Assembly (NCBI GenBank): GCA_021647905.1
Contig: JAKITW010000002.1
Span: 6,210 to 70,209 of the forward strand
Length of the DNA stretch: 64,000 nt
Reading direction: 5' to 3'
DNA from: Desulfobacterales bacterium
GTDB taxonomy: Bacteria; Desulfobacterota; Desulfobulbia; Desulfobulbales; BM004
The position numbers and the translations under genes were made by a program. This document shows positions 7,197 through 14,829 of the stretch, piece after piece. Below the pieces are notes generated by a model that worked only from the letters and a program-made list of their open reading frames with translations, had not been told where the DNA came from and searched no databases. The number at the start of each line of letters is the position of its first letter. The first letter of the stretch is position 1.

Positions 7197-9473
7197 CTAT
7201 TCCCCGGGCTCCTTATCGGTAATCGGCTGGGAAAATTTACAGGAAGCAACGATGCACTGCAGGCGTTTACCGGTCTTTTTTCCCTCTTTTTCCACAAGAA
7301 ACAGGGCCTTGCACTTTGGACAGGGCTGATTCACCGGTTTGTCCCACAGGGCGAACCTGCACTTGGGAAAACGGTTGCAGCTGTAAAAGGGTTTGCCTCG
7401 TTTTGATACCTTCTGCACCAGTTCGCCGTCGCATCCCGGTTCAGGGCAGGCGACTCCGGTGGTCCGGGCGCGGATGTGCCGGCAGGCCGGATACCCTGAA
7501 CAGGCGAGAAAGCGGCCGAAACGGCCATTGCGATAGACCATCGGCTTGCCGCATTTTTCGCAGGTTTCGCCGGAATCTTCAGGCTCTTCCCGGGCCAGCG
7601 GGACGATCTTGCCGTCCCCGTCCTTGGTGAAATTCTGGGTATGCTTGCAGGCCGGATAGTTCTCGCAGGCCAGGAAATCACCCATCCGGCCCCACTTGAC
7701 CACCAGTTTGCCGTCGCACTGCGGGCAGGGAATGCCGGTGGGCACGGCCCGCTGCTTGATCGATTGCATCTCCTTCTTGGCCCGGTCCAGGCTGTCCCGA
7801 AACGGTCCGTAAAAATTACTCAGCAGCTCCTGCCAGTTGACCCGGCCCTCCTCGACCTGGTCCAGGCTGGCCTCCATGGAGGCGGTGAACTCCACATCCA
7901 TGATCGTCGGGAAATGGGCCACCAGCAGGTCATTGACCAGCCGGCCCAGGTCAGTGGGATAAAAACGCCGCTTGTCGAGCCGGACGTATTCCTTGTCCTG
8001 GATAACCGAGATGATCGCCGCATAGGTGCTGGGCCGGCCCACCCCGTTTTCCTCCAGGGCCTTGACCAGGGTGGCCTCGTTATAACGCGGCGGCGGCTGG
8101 GTGAAGTGCTGCTTGGGCTCCACGGCCAGGGTCTGCAGCGGATCGCCGGTTTTGAGATCAGGCAGGGTCTCCTCGGCGGTGGTCTCGGCCCGGCCGTTCT
8201 CGTCGCTGGCCTCCACATAGAGGGTCATGAAGCCGGGAAAGCGGATGATCGAGCCGGTGGCCTTTAACAGATACTTGTCCGCGCTGATCCGGATCACGGT
8301 CTGATCATAGATCGCCGGCCGCATCTGCGAGGCCACGAACCGTTTCCAGATCAGGGTGTAGAGGGCCAGCAGGTTCTTGTCCAGAAAGGGGGCCACCTGC
8401 TCGGGGGTGATGGTAACGTCGGTGGGCCGGATCGCCTCGTGGGCGTCCTGGGCCGATTTCGAGGCCTTGTATACGTTGGCCTTGGCCGGAAGATAATCGC
8501 GTCCCCAGGCCTGCTCGATATAGTCGCGCACCCCGGCCAGGGCCTCGTTGTTGATCCGGGTGGAATCGGTGCGCATATAGGTGATCAAGCCGGTGGGGCC
8601 CCGGTCGCCCAGCTCAATGCCCTCATAGAGACGCTGGGCCAGGGACATGGTTTTTTTGGCGGAAAAATGGCGCTTGCGGTTGGCATCCTGCTGCAGGGTA
8701 CTGGTGATGAACGGTGGCTGCGGCCGCCGCTGTTTCTTCTTTTTTTCCACCGCCCGGACCATTGGGTCGGCCCGGCGCAATGCCGCCACTGCAATCGCGG
8801 CCTCGGCCTCGGTGGTGATTTTTGCCTTCTTGTTATCGATCTTATCGAGCTGAGCGGTGAACGGCGGCGGAGTGTCACCCTCAAGCCGCACCCCGATGGT
8901 CCAATACTCTTCGGAAACAAAGGCCTCAATGGCCGCTTCCCGCTCGCAGATCATCCTGACCGCCACGGACTGCACCCGGCCGGCGGACAGTCCCCGCCGC
9001 ACCTTTTCCCAGAGCAGCGGCGAGATCTGGTATCCCACCAGCCGGTCGAGAATCCGGCGGGCCTGCTGGGCCTCGAACCGGTTCCGGTCTATCTCAGTGG
9101 CATTGGCAATGGCCGCCAGAATGGCCTTTTTGGTCAATTCGTGGAACAGGGCCCGGTGGATCGGCTTTTTGAGCGTCTTTAAACTCTGGGCTATATGCCA
9201 GGCAATGGCCTCGCCCTCACGATCCGGGTCCGGGGCCAGAAAAATCTCGTCCACCATCTTGGCCGATCTTTTCAGCTCATTGATAATCTTGGCCTTGCCC
9301 TTGATGGTGACGTACTGGGGAGAAAAGTTTCGCTCAACATCCACCCCCAGCTTGCTCACCGGCAGGTCCCGGACATGGCCCACCGAGGCCTTGACCTCAA
9401 AATCCTTGCCCAGATATTTCTTAAGAGTCCTTGCCTTGGCAGGTGACTCTACTATGATCAACGCCTTTGCCAT
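7197..9473 (-). CDS. topA: DNA topoisomerase I
   Basis: ALIIVESPAKA, TOPRIM DPDREGE, the YITYMRTDS-like active-site Tyr region (LITYMRTDS) and C-terminal C4 zinc ribbons. Start at ATG 9473 behind AAAGGAAAG. The track ORF starts at a TTG 18 nt upstream. Confidence 0.95.
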   Translation of the reverse strand: MAKALIIVESPAKARTLKKYLGKDFEVKASVGHVRDLPVSKLGVDVERNFSPQYVTIKGKAKIINELKRSAKMVDEIFLAPDPDREGEAIAWHIAQSLKTLKKPIHRALFHELTKKAILAAIANATEIDRNRFEAQQARRILDRLVGYQISPLLWEKVRRGLSAGRVQSVAVRMICEREAAIEAFVSEEYWTIGVRLEGDTPPPFTAQLDKIDNKKAKITTEAEAAIAVAALRRADPMVRAVEKKKKQRRPQPPFITSTLQQDANRKRHFSAKKTMSLAQRLYEGIELGDRGPTGLITYMRTDSTRINNEALAGVRDYIEQAWGRDYLPAKANVYKASKSAQDAHEAIRPTDVTITPEQVAPFLDKNLLALYTLIWKRFVASQMRPAIYDQTVIRISADKYLLKATGSIIRFPGFMTLYVEASDENGRAETTAEETLPDLKTGDPLQTLAVEPKQHFTQPPPRYNEATLVKALEENGVGRPSTYAAIISVIQDKEYVRLDKRRFYPTDLGRLVNDLLVAHFPTIMDVEFTASMEASLDQVEEGRVNWQELLSNFYGPFRDSLDRAKKEMQSIKQRAVPTGIPCPQCDGKLVVKWGRMGDFLACENYPACKHTQNFTKDGDGKIVPLAREEPEDSGETCEKCGKPMVYRNGRFGRFLACSGYPACRHIRARTTGVACPEPGCDGELVQKVSKRGKPFYSCNRFPKCRFALWDKPVNQPCPKCKALFLVEKEGKKTGKRLQCIVASCKFSQPITDKEPGE

Positions 9474-9565
9474 ACTTTCCTTTAGAATCAACGCAAGGGA
9501 TTATTGGTTTGCAACGGGCGGAACATCCGGAAAAACAGCCCGCGCCCGTCAACAGTCCGGGTGAT

Positions 9566-9623
9566 GGTAACCACTCACAGGGTGGCGCTTTCCACCTGTC
9601 GAGCACACTCCTTGCCCGGTAGG
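9566..9623 (+). repeat. Family C repeat (copy C1)
   Basis: GGTAACCACtCACAGGGTGGCGCTTTCCACCTGTCGAGcACACTCCTTGCCCGGTAgG is nearly identical to 58913-58970. A partial copy lies at 39463-39506. Confidence 0.65.
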
Positions 9624-9835
9624 CTTTCACCGGTGCCGGAGATACGCGTGTCCGTCAATCATCGGCCGTAGTGTTGACCGATACTCGTCGTGTCAACGGG
9701 AAACTTTCCGTAACGCGGCAACCGGCGTTTTTTACGACGCCATCACCTTTACCTTGTCGCGGGCCTCATCACAATCTTTTTTTTGACTTCAAAGGGGGGG
9801 TAACGACAAAAAACCAGCGTAGAAACAAAAGGAAC

Positions 9836-11992
9836 TCAGTTGATGAACTTCAGCTTCTTGTACTCCAGGCAGGCGGTCTCATGGCCCAGTTCGCAGGCAA
9901 TCTTAAGATCCTCGATCGCCTTTTGCCGGTCATTGATATAGATCCACTCCATGGCGCGGTGGTAATAGGCCCGACCGTTGTCCGGGCCGAACTCAATGGC
10001 CTTGTTGAAGTCGGCCAGGGCCTGGATGTGCTGTCCCTTGCGGGCCAGGGCCTGGCCGCGGCTGTGATAGGCCTCGCCGTAGCGGGGATTAAGCTCCACG
10101 GCCCGGGAGAAATCCTCAATAGCCCTGTCAAAGAGATTTTTCAGGATATGGGCCTTGCCCCGGCGCAGGTAAGCCTCGGCAACGTCCGGGTCAAGGCTGA
10201 TCGCCTTGTCAAAGTCGGCAATTGCCTGGTCGGCCTGCTGTTGCCGAAGCCGGGCCGTTCCGCGCTGGAGATAGAGCCCGGCATCACCGGGTGAGAACTC
10301 AAAGGCATGGTTGAAATCCTCCAGGGCCGCGGCCGGATCGGACAGGGCGAGACGGGAAATGCCCCGGTAATAAAAGGCCGGCCCGTGGCCCGGTTGCAGG
10401 CGGAGCGCGGTGTTGAAAAGGGTGATCGCCCCGGGGTGCTGGCCGCGCGCCGCCAGCACCGTGCCATGGCTGACAAACACCTCGGCATGGGCCGGGGAAC
10501 CCTGCATCAGTTCGGGACGCAGCTTCAGCACCTTGGCAAAATCGTTCAACGCGGCCTCATGCTGGCCGCGCCGGGCAAAGGCCAGGCCCCGCTGGTTGTA
10601 AGCCTCGGCATGGAGGGGGTTCAACTCGATGGCCCGGTTGAAGTCAGCCACGGCATCGTCAAAGAGATTTCTGAGGATGGCGATCCGGCCACGGCCGGCA
10701 TAGGCATCGGCCAGCCGGGGGTTGAGCTTGATCGCCTTGTCAAAGTCACTGTATGCGGCCTCAATCCGTCGCTGTTCAAGCAAAATCTGCCCGCGCCGTA
10801 AATAGGCCTTGGCATGACCGGGATGCAGGCGAATGGCGGTCTCCAGGTCAACCAGGGCCTGGTCCTGCTGGCCGTTGCGCGAACGGACAGTGGCCCGGTA
10901 ATAATAGGCAACAGCCAGGGCCGGGTTGTTGCCGGCCCCTGGCGGCACCAGCTCGATTGCCCGGTTGAAATCAGCCAGGGCCTCGGCCGGTTGCCCGCGC
11001 AGGGCATGAACCCGGCCGCGGTTGAGGTGGGCCGCCGCATAGCCGGGTCTCAAGGCAATGGCCCGGGTGTAATCGGCAAGGGCCCGGTCCAGGCGGCCCT
11101 TCAGCAACATGGCGTCAGCACGCCGGCAATGGGCCGTGGCATTCTCCGGATGACAGGCAATGGCCTGCTCGAAATCGGCAATGGCCTTGTCAACAGACCC
11201 TGTCCGGAGCAGGGCAATACCGCGGTTGGTGTAGGCGGCCGTTGATAGCGGATCAAGCTCGAGCGCCTTGGCATACAGGGCGAGCGCCGCCTTGACCCGG
11301 CCCCGGCGCAACGCCTTGTTGGCCCGTTGGCCGTAGAGCCGGGCCCTTTCCCCGGCACTCGGCTCAACACCTTTTGCCGCCGGTCCCGGACCCGCATCCC
11401 CTGGCGCACCGGGTACTGATTCCCGGACCGTTTCAATTACCAGTTCCGGCCCTGGCTCCTCCGGTCCGGTGTCCGGCGCGGTTTCCCGAACCACCGGGGT
11501 TGGCGCGGCCGGTTTCCGTGCCGGCTCCGCCGCTTCCGGCAAGGATTCGGGAATATCGCTGATCGTCGGGCCGGGCAGGGGTTCAGGCCCCGGCGGCGGC
11601 ACGGGAATATCCCCACGGTCGAGCCGGCCGGTGTCTGCCGGCAAAGCGGCAGTGCCCGGTTTCCCAGCCCGCTCGAAATCGAAACGCGCCTTGATCTCCT
11701 GGCCGAGTTCCTGGTGAATACGGCCCCGGGCCATATACGCCGGACCCAGTTCATGGTCAAGTTTCAGGGCCTGGTCATAATCGGCCAGGGCCTTGCGCGG
11801 CCTGCCGGCCCGGTAGAGCGCCAGGCCCCGCCTGAAATAGGCGTCCGCGTAGCCGCGCCCATCTTCCGGGGGATGGCTGCGGCGGCGCTCCGCCAGCTGC
11901 TGCCTGAGAAACAGACCGGTGAGGACAATGGCGGCCAGGACAACAGCACTGCCAATCACCAGAAAAAGGCTATAAAGGACCGTTGCAAGCAT
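9836..11992 (-). CDS. Membrane-anchored tetratricopeptide-repeat (TPR) protein
   Basis: N-terminal hydrophobic helix (LYSLFLVIGSAVVLAAIVLTGLF), a Pro-rich linker, then more than 12 34-residue A..Y..RG.......A..DF..AI.L.P repeats. Confidence 0.85.
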   Translation of the reverse strand: MLATVLYSLFLVIGSAVVLAAIVLTGLFLRQQLAERRRSHPPEDGRGYADAYFRRGLALYRAGRPRKALADYDQALKLDHELGPAYMARGRIHQELGQEIKARFDFERAGKPGTAALPADTGRLDRGDIPVPPPGPEPLPGPTISDIPESLPEAAEPARKPAAPTPVVRETAPDTGPEEPGPELVIETVRESVPGAPGDAGPGPAAKGVEPSAGERARLYGQRANKALRRGRVKAALALYAKALELDPLSTAAYTNRGIALLRTGSVDKAIADFEQAIACHPENATAHCRRADAMLLKGRLDRALADYTRAIALRPGYAAAHLNRGRVHALRGQPAEALADFNRAIELVPPGAGNNPALAVAYYYRATVRSRNGQQDQALVDLETAIRLHPGHAKAYLRRGQILLEQRRIEAAYSDFDKAIKLNPRLADAYAGRGRIAILRNLFDDAVADFNRAIELNPLHAEAYNQRGLAFARRGQHEAALNDFAKVLKLRPELMQGSPAHAEVFVSHGTVLAARGQHPGAITLFNTALRLQPGHGPAFYYRGISRLALSDPAAALEDFNHAFEFSPGDAGLYLQRGTARLRQQQADQAIADFDKAISLDPDVAEAYLRRGKAHILKNLFDRAIEDFSRAVELNPRYGEAYHSRGQALARKGQHIQALADFNKAIEFGPDNGRAYYHRAMEWIYINDRQKAIEDLKIACELGHETACLEYKKLKFIN

Positions 11993-12120
11993 GCGGCATT
12001 ATCCTGGGCCAGGTAGCGGGGTTCATTCGCAGCACCGACAGGGGGAGGGTTGGCGCACCACGAGACAATATCAAAACCCGGGCCCAGGGCATGAGACCAA
12101 GGGCCCAGATGAAAACCGGG

Positions 12121-14415
12121 TTAGAGGCAGACCCGGAGGACATGTTCAAGGTCGGTTATTCCATCGAACACCTTGGCAATGGCATCCATCTTCAGGGTTC
12201 GCATTCCTTCCTTTATGGCCAGCATCATCAGCTCCTCGGCCGGGGCCTGTCGCTTGATCGCCTGTTTCAGCTCCGGCGTTCCCACCAGCAGTTCATGTAC
12301 CGCGACCCGGCCCTTATACCCCGATTTGCCGCATTTGTCGCAGCCAACGGCCCGCATCAATTCCAGGTCGTCGGTGTACTCCGGCATCTTGTGCTCCTCA
12401 TACCATTCTGGCATATAGGACTGTACCAGGATCTCGAATTCATCCTGATCAGGATGATATGACTCCTTGCAGTCCTTACAGAGCCGCCGGGCCAGCCGCT
12501 GGGCCAGGACGCCCAGCATGGCATCGGAGAAACTTATCGGGTCCATGCCCATTTCAATGAGCCGGACCACGGTTTCCGGGGCGCTGTTGGTGTGCAGGGT
12601 ACTGAAAACGAGATGGCCGGTCAGGGATGCCTCAATGGCGATCTTGGCCGTTTCCGCGTCGCGCATCTCGCCGATCATGATCACGTCCGGGTCGGCGCGG
12701 AGAAAGGAGCGCAGGGCCGCTGAAAAGGTGAAACCGATCTTGGGCAGGACCTGGACCTGGCGCAGGCCCGGCTGGGTGATTTCCACCGGGTCCTCGGCGG
12801 TCCAGATCTTGCGGTCCGGCTTGTTGATGTGGCCGAGGGCGGAATGGAGGGTGGTGGTTTTACCGGAGCCGGTGGGACCCACACAGAGGATAATGCCGTA
12901 GGGTTTGGCAAGAATTTTTTCAAAATTTACCAGGTTGTGGTCTGAGAAGCCCATCTCGCTTAAGGCCAGGGGTTTTGACGCGGCCAGGATCCGCAGGACG
13001 GCATCCTCGTTGCTGCCCACCGTGGGGGTGGTCTCCACCCGGAATTCGATCTTCTGCCGTTTATAGCTGATCAGGATCTTGCCGCTCTGGGGCTTCCTCC
13101 GCTCGGAGATGTCCAGGTTGGACAAGATCTTGATCCGGGCGATAATCGCCCGTTTGAAACTCCTGGGGACCCGGTGCGCGACCTTGCAGATCCCGTCGAC
13201 CCGGTACCGTACCAGAACGGGCTGGCTGCCCATGCCCGGTTCGATATGAATATCCGATGCCCCCTTGCGGTAGGCATCCAGCAGGATCTTGTTGACCAGG
13301 GTAATGGTCTGGGAGTCGGATTCCTTGACCGCGGTCTCGTCTTCTTGTTCGTCAACCTCACCCGCCTCCAACTCCTCTTCAGCCAGTTCGCCGAGGATCT
13401 CCTCGACCTCGGACTCCTCCTCGGCCAGCACGACCTCCTCGCCGTGGTAGTATTTTTCAATGGCCGCGGAGATCTGGGCCGAGGTGGCGACCACCAGTTC
13501 GATCCGGCGCTGGGCATGGAAACGCAGGGTGTCGCCGATTGAAGGGTCGGTGGGCTGGGAGGTTGCCACGGTCAGATGATCGGGGTGATCCTCCAGGGGG
13601 AGTACCTGGAGCTGCTCCACCATTTCCAGGGAAATGGCGGCCAGGGCCTTTTCGTCGGGCTCGATATCCCGCAGGTCGACGAACCGCAGACGAAACTTGG
13701 TGGCCAGGGCGGCCAGCAGTTGCTCCTCGGTCAGCAGGCCCCGCTCCATCAGAATGTCGCCGATCCGTTTCTTCTGGCCCATCTTCTGGCTGGCCAGGGC
13801 CGCCTCGACCTGTTCCTTGGTGACCAGCCCCGAGGCCACCAGGATATCACCGATCCGGGCCCGGATCGGGATGGACCCGGCCAGTTGCGCCTCCTTGACC
13901 GATTGTTCGATATGTTCCTGGGGCAGCTGGCAATGCTCGGCAATGATCTCGCCGATCCGGAGTTCCTTGGCCTTTTTCTGCTCTTCGATGGCCGCCTCGA
14001 TGGCCTCCTCGCTCACCAGCCCTTCTTCCGCCAGGATCTCGCCCACCGGCCGGTATTGTCGGCGCATCCGCACCCCGCTGTAAGGGAAGAAGATAAAGCG
14101 GTGGCTTGCCTGCTCCTCGATTGAGAAGCCATAGAATCCGGTCTGAAAGGCCTGGTCCTCCGGAACCCGCACCTGGAAACTCTTGCCGGTGGTGGTTTCC
14201 ACCTCTTCCAGCACATCCGCGTTATGGGCGTCCTCGATCTCATCCGGCTTGTCTTCCAGCAAAACAGCGCAGACCTCGGCCAGCGAGAGTTTCCGTTGTT
14301 CCCCGGCATCGGACAGGATGACCTTGATCTCGTTCGTGTTGGGCGAAAATTCAGCGGCCAGAGAGCCTTCTTTTCTCTTGCCGTCGGTCAGTTCCAGGAT
14401 AATGGTCCGGTTCAA
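12121..14415 (-). CDS. GspE/PilB-family secretion ATPase with an extended N-terminus carrying four MshEN-like motifs
   Basis: Walker A GPTGSGKTTT, Asp box DPDVIMIGEMRD, His box STLHTNSA and the tetracysteine CKDC..CDKC. Residues 122-240 carry four R-x-G-(E/D)-I-(L/I)..G-L-(V/L)....(V/L/I)...(L/I)..Q repeats. Confidence 0.9.
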   Translation of the reverse strand: MNRTIILELTDGKRKEGSLAAEFSPNTNEIKVILSDAGEQRKLSLAEVCAVLLEDKPDEIEDAHNADVLEEVETTTGKSFQVRVPEDQAFQTGFYGFSIEEQASHRFIFFPYSGVRMRRQYRPVGEILAEEGLVSEEAIEAAIEEQKKAKELRIGEIIAEHCQLPQEHIEQSVKEAQLAGSIPIRARIGDILVASGLVTKEQVEAALASQKMGQKKRIGDILMERGLLTEEQLLAALATKFRLRFVDLRDIEPDEKALAAISLEMVEQLQVLPLEDHPDHLTVATSQPTDPSIGDTLRFHAQRRIELVVATSAQISAAIEKYYHGEEVVLAEEESEVEEILGELAEEELEAGEVDEQEDETAVKESDSQTITLVNKILLDAYRKGASDIHIEPGMGSQPVLVRYRVDGICKVAHRVPRSFKRAIIARIKILSNLDISERRKPQSGKILISYKRQKIEFRVETTPTVGSNEDAVLRILAASKPLALSEMGFSDHNLVNFEKILAKPYGIILCVGPTGSGKTTTLHSALGHINKPDRKIWTAEDPVEITQPGLRQVQVLPKIGFTFSAALRSFLRADPDVIMIGEMRDAETAKIAIEASLTGHLVFSTLHTNSAPETVVRLIEMGMDPISFSDAMLGVLAQRLARRLCKDCKESYHPDQDEFEILVQSYMPEWYEEHKMPEYTDDLELMRAVGCDKCGKSGYKGRVAVHELLVGTPELKQAIKRQAPAEELMMLAIKEGMRTLKMDAIAKVFDGITDLEHVLRVCL

Positions 14416-14572
14416 GGGTCACCTCGCGGGATTCGGTTGCAGTGCTTGCCGTCCCGTATTTAAAAAGGCAACGGTCGGAAACGCAAGTTTTTTCAATTTT
14501 TTCACTGTTTTTCAATCAGCCGGCCGGAGACCCCTTTCTCCATTTGACGGGAAAGGGAACTCCGGCAAATAT

Positions 14573-14788
14573 TGTCGGTCTCGCAACAACCCGCTCGACG
14601 GACGTGTGCCATGTTGTAACTTGTTGATTTTATTGGGTGGCATTTGAAGCCTTTCGGGTTGTTACCAGTTCATCAAGTATTGTCGGTCTCGCAACAACCC
14701 GCTCGACGGACGTGTGTCATGTTGTAACTTGTTGATTTTATTGGGTGGCATTTGAAGCCTTTCGGGTTGTTACCAGTTCATCAAGTAT
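14573..14788 (+). repeat. Family B repeat, two directly abutting 108-nt units (B1, B2)
   Basis: Unit: TGTCGGTCTCGCAACAACCCGCTCGACGGACGTG..GTTGTAACTTGTTGATTTTATTGGGTGGCATTTGAAGCCTTTCGGGTTGTTACCAGTTCATCAAGTAT. The two units differ at one base. Confidence 0.9.
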
Positions 14789-14829
14789 TGTCAAGGAAGG
14801 AAGTTCGCGTCTGTGGGGGGACAAAGGAA

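Noticed and set aside
14573-14788. Could the tandem 108-nt units be a CRISPR array?
   Set aside because: There are only two units, directly abutting with no spacers. The unit is about 3 times longer than a CRISPR repeat. Identical copies are dispersed singly elsewhere, and no cas genes are present.
14573-14788. Could family B elements be integron attC sites, given the inverted ..CAACAACCCG / CGGGTTGTTAC ends?
   Set aside because: The ends do not fit the RYYYAAC / GTTRRRY core sites when checked base by base. No integrase gene or cassette-like gene organisation is present.
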